Part shown: positions 1 to 9,535 of the stretch, in pieces
How the letters are laid out: each line of letters opens with the position of its first letter
Numbering within the stretch: the first letter of the stretch is position 1
DNA from: Acidobacteriota bacterium
GTDB taxonomy: Bacteria > Acidobacteriota > JAAYUB01 > JAMOQF01
Assembly: GCA_027064125.1 (NCBI GenBank)
Contig: JAMOQF010000080.1
Location: forward strand, 1-53,419
Reading direction: 5' to 3'
DNA: 53,419 nt
Translations under genes and position numbers: made by a program
Notes under the pieces: generated by a model
Databases searched by the model: none
What the model was told of the DNA's origin: nothing
The model's input: the letters and a program-made list of their open reading frames with translations, nothing else

Positions 1-1
1 T

Positions 2-1288
2 TTTGAAATGGTTGAAAGGAATTCTTCCTGGCTTGAGACGGAAACGCTTTCATCATTTTTTTGCAGTGAAAAGGCTACTGGAAAAGTTATAATACCTTCA
101 AATTCCTATATTGAGATGGGAGAATGGGCACTTCCTCCAGAAGAGGCCTTAAAGTTTTCGGAGATTAAGGATAGATTAAAGGAATGGGGAATTTACGAGG
201 AAAATAAGTCCTTTTTGCGGGGAAGTATCTGGAGGAATTTTCTGATAAAATATGGGGAAAGTAATATCATAAATAAACTTGGAAACTTCCTGTCGAGAGA
301 AATGGAGAGTAAAGGGATAACAGGTGATAAACTTCTGGATAAACTTCTGGAATCGCAGTGTAATGATGTGTACTGGCATGGTGTATTTGGAGGGATTTAT
401 TTACCACATTTGAGGGAGAATAGTTATAGATGTTTTAGAGATATCTTTAGTGGGTTGGATAAATTCTGGGAAGAAGAAGATTTTTGTCCTGGTTTTAGGA
501 ATGTTGACCTTGATCTTGATGGGGAAAAAGAGTTTTTGATAAATACAGATGAGAGTTTTCTGGTTATAAAAGAGAGAAGTGGGGAGATTCCAATTTGGTA
601 TGATAAGAAAAGTGGTGTAAATTTTTTTGATGTGGTTGCAAGATACAGAGAGAGATATCACATTAAGAATATTGTAGAAGGTGCTGTCTTGCTTGATAGA
701 GATAAAAAAATTACCCTTCCAGATTTAATGGGCTTTGATGAAAGGCCAAGGTGGGGGAATAGAAAGTATTTTGTTGAAAATGGTATAGATCTTGATTCCC
801 TCATTAGGGGAAATTTTCAGGGATTAACTGTTTCCTATGAAAAGGGTGAAATTTTTAAAGAAGGGGATGATTTTAAATTATTTTTTAAGAGTGAGGGGAT
901 CTCAGAAGAAATTTCTTTTTTTAAAAAGGGTAGTTATTTTAAAAATACTATCACAAATGAAAGTAATAGGGATTTGCTTATTTTGTATGATTTATCTCTT
1001 TTGACATTTAAGGATACAGAAAAGTGGTTTACCATAAATGGGATTGAAAAATTTGGGGTGGGGAAGAAAAAAACTTTCCATGGGGTTAGAAATTTTTCAG
1101 TTGTTGACGGCAGAAGGGGGTTTAAAATTTTGGTGGAGGCAGATGTTCCATTTTCTCTATTTTTTTATCCCGTAATAACCTATTCTTTGAATGTTGATAG
1201 AATAGATTCCACATATCAAGGGCTTTCCATTTCTATGTTATTTAAAGATTTTAAATTTTCATATACATTTAAGATTGAAAGGGTTTAG
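2..1288 (+). CDS. Glycoside hydrolase family 57-type alpha-glucan enzyme, C-terminal part (5' end truncated by the window edge)
   Basis: The reading frame is open to the window edge, with no in-frame stop upstream of the first Met at 8. The sequence resembles the C-terminal DUF1925/DUF1926-type region of GH57 amylase/4-alpha-glucanotransferase-like proteins. It sits directly upstream of galT-like and glgA genes. Confidence 0.6.
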   Translation, partial: FEMVERNSSWLETETLSSFFCSEKATGKVIIPSNSYIEMGEWALPPEEALKFSEIKDRLKEWGIYEENKSFLRGSIWRNFLIKYGESNIINKLGNFLSREMESKGITGDKLLDKLLESQCNDVYWHGVFGGIYLPHLRENSYRCFRDIFSGLDKFWEEEDFCPGFRNVDLDLDGEKEFLINTDESFLVIKERSGEIPIWYDKKSGVNFFDVVARYRERYHIKNIVEGAVLLDRDKKITLPDLMGFDERPRWGNRKYFVENGIDLDSLIRGNFQGLTVSYEKGEIFKEGDDFKLFFKSEGISEEISFFKKGSYFKNTITNESNRDLLILYDLSLLTFKDTEKWFTINGIEKFGVGKKKTFHGVRNFSVVDGRRGFKILVEADVPFSLFFYPVITYSLNVDRIDSTYQGLSISMLFKDFKFSYTFKIERV

Positions 1289-1290
1289 AT

Positions 1291-2346
1291 ATGCCTGAAC
1301 TGAGACATGATCCAATTCAAAAGAGATGGGTAATTATTTCTGTGGAAAGGGGTAAGAGACCCCGCGATTTTCAACTTCCTCCTGAAGTGGAAAAATCAGG
1401 TGAAAGTTGTCCCTTCTGTGAGGGGCATGAAGATAGAACTCCTCCAGAAATCTTTGCCATAAGAAAGAAAGGTTCTTCCCCTAATGGGCCCGGGTGGGAG
1501 GTAAGGGTAATTCCCAATAAATTTCCCGCTTTAATGATAGAGGGTGATCTTGAGAGGAAGGGCATGGGAGTTTATGACAGAATGAGGGGGATAGGTGCCC
1601 ATGAGGTGGTGATTGAAACCCCTTCTCATAATTTATCCATGGCAGATATGTCTGTGGAACACATTGTAAAGGTTCTGGATACTTATAGATTGAGATGGCT
1701 TGATTTAAAAAATGATGAGAGATTTAAATATATACTTATCTTTAAAAATCATGGAGCGGCTGCTGGAGCATCTCTGAGTCATTCCCATTCCCAGATAATA
1801 GCCACTCCCATAACTCCGAAGATTGTTGCCATTGAACTTGAGTCTGCCAAAGAACATTTTATGCACAAAAATAGATGTCTATTTTGTGATATTCTGGATT
1901 ATGAAATGGAGAAATATGAAAGGATAATTGTATCCAATAATAATTTTGTTGCATATGCGCCATATGCTTCAAGGTTTCCCTTTGAGATAAACATAATGCC
2001 CAAGAGGCACAACCACAATTTTGCCGAATTAACTCAAGAAGAACTGCTGGATTTTGCAGAAATTTTAAAAGATATACTCCTGAGGATTAAGATTGGGCTT
2101 AGAAATCCGCCCTTTAATTTTGTACTTCACACGGTCCCCAATGTAAAGGCTAAACCAAGGAGATCTTTTTATTGGGATACAATTGAGTGGGATTTTCACT
2201 GGCATCTGGAAATTATCCCGAGACTTACTAAAATAGCAGGTTTTGAATGGGGCACTGGCTTTTATATAAATCCCACACCTCCTGAAGATGCAGCAAAATT
2301 TTTGAGGGATCTATCTTTTTATAGTAAAGATGTAATAGTGGAGTAA
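1291..2346 (+). CDS. galT: GalT-type HIT-superfamily hexose-1-phosphate nucleotidyltransferase (galactose-1-phosphate uridylyltransferase / ADP-glucose phosphorylase-like)
   Basis: It has an N-terminal Cys motif CPFCEGHE and the active-site motif SHSHSQ (H-x-H-x-Q) typical of the GalT branch of HIT proteins. The ATG lies 2 nt after the upstream stop. Confidence 0.8.
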   Translation: MPELRHDPIQKRWVIISVERGKRPRDFQLPPEVEKSGESCPFCEGHEDRTPPEIFAIRKKGSSPNGPGWEVRVIPNKFPALMIEGDLERKGMGVYDRMRGIGAHEVVIETPSHNLSMADMSVEHIVKVLDTYRLRWLDLKNDERFKYILIFKNHGAAAGASLSHSHSQIIATPITPKIVAIELESAKEHFMHKNRCLFCDILDYEMEKYERIIVSNNNFVAYAPYASRFPFEINIMPKRHNHNFAELTQEELLDFAEILKDILLRIKIGLRNPPFNFVLHTVPNVKAKPRRSFYWDTIEWDFHWHLEIIPRLTKIAGFEWGTGFYINPTPPEDAAKFLRDLSFYSKDVIVE

Positions 2347-2350
2347 CACT

Positions 2351-3802
2351 ATGAAAGTGGCTTATGTAACCACGGAACTTAAGCCCTTTGTAAAAGAGGG
2401 GGGACTTGCAGATGTTTCAGCCTCTTTGCCAATGGCACTTAGAAAAATAGGGGTGGATGTTTTTATTTTGCTACCCTACTATAAAAGAATTGCCAGAACA
2501 GGGTTTTCATTGATTGAAAGGTATCCAATATATGAATCGGTAGTTGAAACGGGGGAGGGGGTAAAACCTTTCTCTGTTTTTAAGGGAAAATTGCCTGATT
2601 CAGATATAGAAGTTTTTTTCTTTATGAATAGGGAGTTTTTTGGAAGAAGCGGTATCTATACAAATCCACTTAATGGCATTGGATATGAGGACAACGACAG
2701 GAGATTTGGATTTTTTTCAAAATGTGTTGTAAATTTCCTCCTCTATTTTGCGGAATGTGATTTCATACATTGTAATGATTATCAAACCTCCATGATACCT
2801 GCCTTTATCTCTTTTTCAGGCAGGAAGATTCCCACAATGCTAACTATACACAATCTTGGTTATCAGGGAATATTTGAAAAACCGATAATGGATTTTTTAA
2901 AAATTCACACTTCTCTTTACTATCCAATGAGCCCCTTTGAGTATTATGGTAAGGTGAATTTTTTGAAAGTTGGTATACTCTTTTCAAGGGTTATTACCAC
3001 GGTGAGTAAAACTTATGCCAGAGAAATTTTGAAAGATGATGAATTGGGGTGTGGTCTCAGAGATATTCTTTTGACCAGGGAAAAAGATTTTTATGGAATT
3101 ATAAATGGTGTGGATTATTCTGTATGGAATCCAGAAAAGGATGCCTTTATTCCATATAATTATTCAATAAAGAATCTTTCTGGAAAATACAAAAATAAGG
3201 AAGTTTTGCTTAAGGAATTTGGTTTTGAAAATCCAGATTTGAAAAAGCCATTGATAAGCATGATAGGAAGGCTTGTGGATCAGAAGGGCTTTGACCTTGT
3301 CTTAAAGGTTTTACCACTTTTAAGGGAGAGAGGGGTTTATTTCATTATTTTGGGGACTGGACTTAAAAAATATCACAGAGAATTTAAGGATCTTGAAAGG
3401 GAATTTAGAGATTTTTTCAAAATAAGATTGATATTTGATGAAAAACTTGCTCATCTGATTGAGGCGGGAAGTGATATGTTTTTAATGCCTTCACTTTACG
3501 AGCCATGTGGTCTAAATCAGATGTATAGTTTAAGGTATGGCACTGTGCCCATTGTCAGAAATACAGGAGGGCTTGCTGATACAGTTGAAGAATTTAATAT
3601 TGAAACGGGAATGGGAACGGGATTCCTTTTTGATAGGTACACCACCCAGGATTTTTTATCTTCTATAGAGAGGGCTCTTTTTGTGTACGGCAAAAAGAAG
3701 ATGTGGAAAAAATTAATGGTAAATGGAATGTTAAAGGATTTTTCATGGGAGAATTCTGCTAAAAAATATTTGGAGCTTTATTTAAAATATGGTAATAAAT
3801 AA
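2351..3802 (+). CDS. glgA: Glycogen/starch synthase (GT5)
   Basis: The N-terminal KEGGLADV (K-x-GGL) motif is present. The length (483 aa) and the C-terminal GT-B region (PSLYEPCGLNQMYSLRYGTVPIVRNTGGLADTV) are characteristic of GlgA. Confidence 0.92.
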   Translation: MKVAYVTTELKPFVKEGGLADVSASLPMALRKIGVDVFILLPYYKRIARTGFSLIERYPIYESVVETGEGVKPFSVFKGKLPDSDIEVFFFMNREFFGRSGIYTNPLNGIGYEDNDRRFGFFSKCVVNFLLYFAECDFIHCNDYQTSMIPAFISFSGRKIPTMLTIHNLGYQGIFEKPIMDFLKIHTSLYYPMSPFEYYGKVNFLKVGILFSRVITTVSKTYAREILKDDELGCGLRDILLTREKDFYGIINGVDYSVWNPEKDAFIPYNYSIKNLSGKYKNKEVLLKEFGFENPDLKKPLISMIGRLVDQKGFDLVLKVLPLLRERGVYFIILGTGLKKYHREFKDLEREFRDFFKIRLIFDEKLAHLIEAGSDMFLMPSLYEPCGLNQMYSLRYGTVPIVRNTGGLADTVEEFNIETGMGTGFLFDRYTTQDFLSSIERALFVYGKKKMWKKLMVNGMLKDFSWENSAKKYLELYLKYGNK

Positions 3803-3828
3803 TTGAAGAAAAAAGGAGAGGTTTTATT

Positions 3829-6111
3829 ATGGGTTTTTTAAAGAATATATTTGGTGGAAATAAAGAAGAAAATGAGAAGGAAGATCTTTCTATTATTCCA
3901 GATGTCGTTAAAGAAAAATCTATAGAAGAGGATGAAAAAGTAAAGGATGAGGAAGAGGCCGTGGTTGGGGAGGAAGTTGAAAAGGTAGAGGAAGAGATTA
4001 AAGATGTTGAAATTACTCCAGAGGAAGAGGAAATGGAGTTGGAAGAGGAAGTTGAGGGATCTCAGAGAGAAGATTCTGAAGAAGTTACGGTTGAGGAAAA
4101 TGTTGCTGAAGGGGAGGGAAACGATAATCTTGTTGAAATGGAAGAGGAATATGTAAAAGAATCTCTTTCTCCTGTGGCTGTGAAAGTAAATAGATTGAAG
4201 GAATTGTTTGAAGAAATAAAAAAGGTTGAAAGAGAATCCAGGGAGTTGTTTAAAGGGATTGAGGAAATAGAAAATAAATTGGGGCTAAAAAGTAAAGAGT
4301 TTTTTTCAATTATTAATAAAACAGATCTTATTTTAAGTAGAAGTCTTGAAGTTATTAAGGGAGAAGGAAAAGGAGGGAATGAAACTGAGATTGAGGGTTT
4401 GCTTGCCAGTGAGATTTCCACCTTTGAAGAGGATGAGGAAAGCATAAATAAACTTCTTTTAATGATTGAGGAAAAGGCTGAAAAAGTTCATAGGGAACTT
4501 GAAAAGGTTTTAAAACAGGCCCAGGCAAGTTATATGGAAGTGGATGCCCATAGGCAGGAAAAGGAAAATTATTTGAAAAAACTTCTGCTTGAAGTGGAGG
4601 AACTGGGAAAGTTAAATGAAAAATCTGCTGAAATTTATTCAGAATATTTAAATAAAAAGAAGATATTTGAAGGAGATCTTGATTCAGTAATTGCCACAAA
4701 GAAAAATATTGAAACTCAGATAACACTTTTTGAAGAGAAAAGGGAACACCTTCTGAGGGAAAAGGAGAATTTAGAAAAGAAGATAGAAGAAATTGAAAAG
4801 GAGAATGAAGGACTTGCTGAAAAGGTGAGGGAAGGAAAGGCTGAAGCCAAAAAGATGCTTGAAGAATTTGAGAAGGTGAAAAATGAATATGAAAAACTTG
4901 AATCGGAGTTAAGTGAGGAAGAAAAGAGATTGAGAAGGCTTTTAAAGGAAAGGGAAAATCTGATTGAGGATTTGAGATTTGTGGAAAAGGAAAAGGATGA
5001 ACATGTAAGCAGAAAAGAGGAACTTGAAAAGGAGATTTTGAGCGTTGTAAAAGAGATAGAGAGGTTAAAAGAGGAATATTCCGAATTTGAGGATGAGGTT
5101 GAAAAGTTAAAGAAAGAAAAAGAGAGTTTTGAAAGTGAATTTAAGGAAGATGAGAAGGTGGAAGAATTAAAAGAGAAGTTGGATACCTTGAAAGAGGCGA
5201 GGGAGAAGGTTATTGAAATGATTTCAGATAGAGAGAAGGAAATCGGAGAATTGAAAAAGGAAATTGATGCCCAGAAGAGGTTAATGGAAGATAAAAAGGG
5301 TGAAGTGGAAAAGTTAACGGAAGAAATTGAAAATGTTGAAAAAGAAAAGAAGGAACTTGAAGAAAAACTTAAAGAATTAGAAGAGAAGAAAAGTTTGCTT
5401 GAAAAGGAATTTGAGGAAATTAAAGGGGCATCTGAAAAAGAGGGTGATTATTCTGAATTGATAAGCAAATTAGAGGAAAAGAAAAAGGAAAAGGAAGAAC
5501 TTGGGGAAAAATTGAGATTGGCAGAAGAGGAATTAAAAAGATATGAGGCAGAGACAAGAGAATATACTGAGAAGATGGAGTCTGTGGTTAGGGATAGACA
5601 GAAACTTGAAGATAAGATAAAGGAATATGAGGAAAAGATATCGGAATATAGGGAAAAACTTAAAGATACAGAAAAGGGTGTAGACGTTGCAAAGGAAGAC
5701 ATGGATAGGGCAAAAAGGTTGTTTGAGGAGGAGAAGGAGAAGAAAAAAGTTGTGGTTGAAAGATTGGAGGAGGTTGAAAAGGAAGATATATCTGAAACAA
5801 CGGTGATGGAGGATGAAGAAATTGTTCTTGAGGAGGAAGTGGGTGATAAAATTGTGGAGGAGGTGGAAGTTTTACCACCTGAACACGATAAGGCTAAAAG
5901 ACTTGCAAGGGTCATAGTCTCAGATATAGTTTTGTATAACCGGGATACTCTAAATTCAGTTGCAAATCAGAGAAATTTTTATGAAGTTTTAGATGAGCCC
6001 ATTAAAAAGGCAAGAAAATATTTTGAGGAAAAGGTGCCAAAAAGTGTTATAGATGAGAAGGATTACCTAAAAGAGGCACTTGAAAAATTGAGAAAGACAT
6101 TGAAACCTTGA
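3829..6111 (+). CDS. Acidic coiled-coil protein (760 aa) with a short non-repetitive C-terminal domain
   Basis: A good RBS (AGGAGAGG) precedes the start. The N-terminus is Glu-rich, and about 550 aa show heptad-like E/K/L composition. The last ~85 aa (KAKRLARVIVSDIVLYNRDTL...) are non-repetitive. Confidence 0.75.
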   Translation: MGFLKNIFGGNKEENEKEDLSIIPDVVKEKSIEEDEKVKDEEEAVVGEEVEKVEEEIKDVEITPEEEEMELEEEVEGSQREDSEEVTVEENVAEGEGNDNLVEMEEEYVKESLSPVAVKVNRLKELFEEIKKVERESRELFKGIEEIENKLGLKSKEFFSIINKTDLILSRSLEVIKGEGKGGNETEIEGLLASEISTFEEDEESINKLLLMIEEKAEKVHRELEKVLKQAQASYMEVDAHRQEKENYLKKLLLEVEELGKLNEKSAEIYSEYLNKKKIFEGDLDSVIATKKNIETQITLFEEKREHLLREKENLEKKIEEIEKENEGLAEKVREGKAEAKKMLEEFEKVKNEYEKLESELSEEEKRLRRLLKERENLIEDLRFVEKEKDEHVSRKEELEKEILSVVKEIERLKEEYSEFEDEVEKLKKEKESFESEFKEDEKVEELKEKLDTLKEAREKVIEMISDREKEIGELKKEIDAQKRLMEDKKGEVEKLTEEIENVEKEKKELEEKLKELEEKKSLLEKEFEEIKGASEKEGDYSELISKLEEKKKEKEELGEKLRLAEEELKRYEAETREYTEKMESVVRDRQKLEDKIKEYEEKISEYREKLKDTEKGVDVAKEDMDRAKRLFEEEKEKKKVVVERLEEVEKEDISETTVMEDEEIVLEEEVGDKIVEEVEVLPPEHDKAKRLARVIVSDIVLYNRDTLNSVANQRNFYEVLDEPIKKARKYFEEKVPKSVIDEKDYLKEALEKLRKTLKP

Positions 6112-6120
6112 ATTTAAAAT

Positions 6121-7143
6121 TTGATTTTAAAAGTAGAAAAATTTTTAAAAAATTATGTGGATAGATTTGGGGTTATATCTTCCAATATCTTTCCCATTCC
6201 AATAGAAAATCCCATCTTTGAGAAGTTTGAGTATTCCTATGATAAGGGTTATCTGGACGGACTAAACTGGTTTAGTAAAAATTTAGACATAATGAGATTT
6301 CCCGCTAAATATTTTAAAGAATTTAAATCCATTGTTTTTTTCTTCTTTAGTTATTTTGATAGCACTGTAAGTCATAATTTCTCAAATTTGCCAAAAATAT
6401 CTATATATGCCCAATATGAAGATTATCACTTAACAATTAGAAATTTTTTAAAGGATCTGGGAAGAGAACTAAGGAGAGTTTTTGGTATAAAAAGTGTGGG
6501 ATTTGTGGATAGTTCTCCATTTATGGAACGGGGATTTGCTTTTTTGTGTATGGAAGATGGTTTTTTAGGCAAAAATGGACTTTTTTATTTAAAGGGTAGA
6601 GGATCCTACTTTTTTATTGGAGAACTTCTTCTGGATATAGAATCCCCACGTAATTGGGGCGCTGAAAAACCTTTTCTAAGATATTGTAAAAATTGTAATA
6701 TCTGTGTTAAGAGTTGTCCCGTTGGGGCTATTGTGGAGCCTGGAATTGTGGACAGCAGAAAGTGTATTTCATATCACACAATTGAAAACAGGGGGGTTAT
6801 CCCCAGGGAGATAGCCGTTAATTTAAATGGTTATATCTTTGGATGTGATATATGCCAGCAGGTTTGTCCTTTAAATAGGATTAATGGGAGTATTTTTAAG
6901 GGATTTACTCGTGTAAAGGAAATAGAGAAATTCGATCTTGATTGGTTTTTAGGCCTTTCTAAAAATAGATATGAGAAAATATTTAAGAAAAGTGCTTTAA
7001 GTAGGGCAAATTACTATCAAATTTTGAGAAATATTTTTATACTTGCGGAAACGGATTATATCGATGGATGTTTTGCAAAGAAAATTTATGATAAATTTGG
7101 ACACAGAAAGGAAATTTATGAACAATTGAAGGAATTAAAATGA
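6121..7143 (+). CDS. queG: Epoxyqueuosine reductase (tRNA queuosine biosynthesis)
   Basis: Two ferredoxin-type clusters are present (CKNCNICVKSCP and CDICQQVCP), plus a QueG-like N-terminal region. The start codon at 6121 is TTG, so the start is somewhat uncertain. Confidence 0.8.
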   Translation: MILKVEKFLKNYVDRFGVISSNIFPIPIENPIFEKFEYSYDKGYLDGLNWFSKNLDIMRFPAKYFKEFKSIVFFFFSYFDSTVSHNFSNLPKISIYAQYEDYHLTIRNFLKDLGRELRRVFGIKSVGFVDSSPFMERGFAFLCMEDGFLGKNGLFYLKGRGSYFFIGELLLDIESPRNWGAEKPFLRYCKNCNICVKSCPVGAIVEPGIVDSRKCISYHTIENRGVIPREIAVNLNGYIFGCDICQQVCPLNRINGSIFKGFTRVKEIEKFDLDWFLGLSKNRYEKIFKKSALSRANYYQILRNIFILAETDYIDGCFAKKIYDKFGHRKEIYEQLKELK

Positions 7144-7871
7144 GAAAATTTTCCTTTTTGCATAAGGGAGTGCTTTTAAAGGGAAAGGTAATTTTTATTT
7201 TTCTTTTTATTTTATCTTTTCTACAAATGTTGTTATTTATAAAGTTTATCCCTGAAAAATATGGTTTCTTTTACCTATTTTTTTCCATTTTTTTGCCCAT
7301 TATCACGTTATTTGTACTGTTTCTTTTTCGATTTATAAGTAAGGTGGAGTTGGGGAGTGATTACCTGGACTATAAAATGGTTGAGTGTGGCAGAATGGTA
7401 AAGGAGCATCCTCAATTTGAAATAGATTTTTCATCTCCAAATAAATTTTTTTTTATCTTAAGACGTTATAGAAATAGATATGGTTACAGGAAGAACCTCA
7501 CTATTCAAATTTTTATTTCACAAGGTGGCAAAAAAATTATTTTTGAATATCCCTTTTCAATCCTTAGAGATAAAACTTCTTTAAAAGAAAAAAACTTTGT
7601 TGGAGAAAAATTAAGAACTTTGGGAGCAGTCTCCAATGCATATTTAGATTTTACATATAGAAAAACTTCATTTTTGGTTCTATCCCTTTTTTGTGATTAT
7701 ACGGGAATTATTATTAAAAATAGGGAGAGAAGTTTATCTATCCCAGAGGTTATAAGTATAATAAAAAATTTTGAAAGATTAATGGAATACAACGATTTAC
7801 AGGTTCATATTGAGGCATTTAGAAATAGGGAGATAAATTTCAGGGAATTATTTAATAGGTGGAAGGAATAG
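7140..7871 (+). CDS. Hypothetical membrane protein
   Basis: An ATGA overlap with the queG stop suggests translational coupling. Two N-terminal hydrophobic helices are present and no motif is recognisable. Confidence 0.55.
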   Translation: MRKFSFLHKGVLLKGKVIFIFLFILSFLQMLLFIKFIPEKYGFFYLFFSIFLPIITLFVLFLFRFISKVELGSDYLDYKMVECGRMVKEHPQFEIDFSSPNKFFFILRRYRNRYGYRKNLTIQIFISQGGKKIIFEYPFSILRDKTSLKEKNFVGEKLRTLGAVSNAYLDFTYRKTSFLVLSLFCDYTGIIIKNRERSLSIPEVISIIKNFERLMEYNDLQVHIEAFRNREINFRELFNRWKE

Positions 7872-7886
7872 TATGTTTTTTCTCTG

Positions 7887-7915
7887 TTGACAAAATGGAG
7901 TAAAAATGGTAAAAA
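7887..7915 (+). promoter_or_regulatory. Putative sigma-70 promoter for tRNA-Arg
   Basis: TTGACA (7887-7892), a 17-nt spacer and TAAAAA (7910-7915) lie about 17 nt upstream of the tRNA 5' end. Confidence 0.3.
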
Positions 7916-7931
7916 GTTTGTTCAATATTTT

Positions 7932-8005
7932 GCGCCTGTAGCTCAACAGGATAGAGCATCGGATTCCTAATCCGGGGGCTGTGGGTTCGAGTCCCGCCAG
8001 GCGCA
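7932..8005 (+). tRNA. tRNA-Arg (anticodon CCT)
   Basis: It folds by hand into a cloverleaf. The acceptor GCGCCTG pairs with CAGGCGC, and the D arm is GCTC/GAGC. The anticodon stem is TCGGA/TCCGG with loop TTCCTAA (anticodon CCT). The T arm is GTGGG-TTCGAGT-CCCGC and the discriminator is A. CCA is not encoded and a T-run follows. Confidence 0.93.
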
Positions 8006-8032
8006 TTATTTTTTTTACAAAAGAGGTGTAGT

Positions 8033-8797
8033 GTGGGAAGAACAAAATTAACCAGAAAAGAGATTAAAAAGGCTGATCCCGTAACTGAATTTTTAGATGA
8101 TATTGTTGAATTTTATAAAGAAAATCAAAAGATGGTTGTTTTTGGAATTGCTGGTATTATCATTCTTGTGGCTTTAGTTACTGTAGGTACTACCATATAT
8201 AAAAACAACCTGAAAAAAAGGTCCATAGCCCTTTATGAAGCGTTAAAGAATGTGGATGGTGTGGTTAATAGTTCGGGTAAGGCAACCATTCCGGGACAGA
8301 AGGTCTTTAAAAGCGATAAAGAGAAATATGAGGCTGAGTATAAAGCTTTTAAATCTGTGTATGATAAATATTCCTCTTCAACTGAGGGTAAGATAGCTCT
8401 CTATTTTATGGCAGATGCCATGTATCATCTTGGAAAGAGCAAAGATGCCCTCCATATGCTTTCAAAAATAGATCTTGATTTTGATTCCTATATAGGGAGT
8501 TATTATAATTTTCAAATTGCGGAACTTTATAGGGCAATTGGTGAATATGACAAGGCTATGGAAATTTACAACAAATTGTTGCAGACATCTGTTCAAATAC
8601 CCGAAGATACAATTAGGTATAGTAAAGTGTTGTGTTTAAGGGATATGGGTAAGGAAATGGAGGAGTACAGGGAACTTAAAAAATTTAATGAAGATCTGAT
8701 AAAAGAGTCTCAAGAGACGGGGAATTCCCCTTATTATTTAACTCTGATAAGGGTTAGGTATCAATTATTGGATGCAATTTATGGAGAGAGAAAATAA
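8033..8797 (+). CDS. Membrane-anchored TPR-like protein (YfgM-like architecture)
   Basis: A GTG start is preceded by AAGAGGTG. One N-terminal TM helix is followed by helical-repeat sequence. The position upstream of yceD-rpmF is consistent with this call. Confidence 0.55.
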   Translation: MGRTKLTRKEIKKADPVTEFLDDIVEFYKENQKMVVFGIAGIIILVALVTVGTTIYKNNLKKRSIALYEALKNVDGVVNSSGKATIPGQKVFKSDKEKYEAEYKAFKSVYDKYSSSTEGKIALYFMADAMYHLGKSKDALHMLSKIDLDFDSYIGSYYNFQIAELYRAIGEYDKAMEIYNKLLQTSVQIPEDTIRYSKVLCLRDMGKEMEEYRELKKFNEDLIKESQETGNSPYYLTLIRVRYQLLDAIYGERK

Positions 8798-9318
8798 TGA
8801 AGGTCAATTTTGAAAAATTAAAAGAAGGGAGAAATAGTCTAACTTTTGATATCCCTTCTAAGGATGTGGCCTTTGATTATAAGGGGTATAAATTAAACGG
8901 AAATTGGCACATAAATGCCGATTTTTTTAAAAATAGTAGGGGAGAAATATCACTTATTGGGGATCTGGAAGGGAAAATTACTTTAATATGTGACAGGTGT
9001 TTGAAGGAATTTGAGAGAAAGGTTTTTTTGAAGTTTGAATACTTTTTTGTGCCGTTTGAAGAGGTGGAGGTCAAAGAGGAAGGAGATTTAAATGATGGTG
9101 TAGTTGAAACCTTTTATAGAGATAATTTCGTGGAAATGGAGGATATTCTGAGTGAACAGGTAATACTCAGTTTACCGGATAAGGTGTTGTGTGATGAGAG
9201 TTGCAGGGGTATCTTAAAAGAAGATGGAAGTCCTTATATTGAGGAAGAAGGTGAAGAAAAACCTCTTGATAGTAGATTGCTACCTCTTCTGGAGATAAAA
9301 AAAAGATTAAAAAAATAA
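8797..9318 (+). CDS. yceD: YceD/DUF177 family protein (large-subunit rRNA accumulation protein)
   Basis: CDRC and CDESCRG cysteine motifs and an acidic C-terminus are present. The synteny immediately upstream of rpmF-plsX is canonical. A TAATG overlap links it to the upstream gene. Confidence 0.8.
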   Translation: MKVNFEKLKEGRNSLTFDIPSKDVAFDYKGYKLNGNWHINADFFKNSRGEISLIGDLEGKITLICDRCLKEFERKVFLKFEYFFVPFEEVEVKEEGDLNDGVVETFYRDNFVEMEDILSEQVILSLPDKVLCDESCRGILKEDGSPYIEEEGEEKPLDSRLLPLLEIKKRLKK

Positions 9319-9336
9319 TTTAAGGAGAATATAATT

Positions 9337-9528
9337 ATGGCTCAACCTAAAAGGAGACATTCACACGCAAGGAGCAGAAAGAGAAGAGCACATTATCATC
9401 TCTTTGAAAAGAGTCTTTCTGTGTGTCCCAATTGTAAAGAACTAAAGTTACCCCATAGGGTTTGTCCCAATTGCTTTACTTATAAGGGAAAAGTAGTTAT
9501 TGAAATAAAAGAAAAAGAAGAAAAATAA
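9337..9528 (+). CDS. rpmF: 50S ribosomal protein L32
   Basis: The N-terminus MAQPKRRHSHARSRKRRAH is typical of L32. A CPNC...CPNC zinc ribbon and an AAGGAGA RBS are present. Confidence 0.95.
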   Translation: MAQPKRRHSHARSRKRRAHYHLFEKSLSVCPNCKELKLPHRVCPNCFTYKGKVVIEIKEKEEK

Positions 9529-9535
9529 TTTTTTT

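Noticed and set aside
4062-5915. Several 70-155-aa minus-strand ORFs (4062-4445, 4355-4726, 5448-5915, 5660-5878) rich in Ser/Phe/Leu/Pro.
   Set aside because: They are mirror images of the GAA/AAG-rich coding strand of the coiled-coil gene. They have low-complexity composition and no RBS, which is typical of antisense ORFs in Glu/Lys-rich genes.
7848-8045. A 65-aa minus-strand ORF.
   Set aside because: It lies antisense across the well-folded tRNA-Arg(CCT) gene and its promoter, so it is an artefact of the tRNA sequence.
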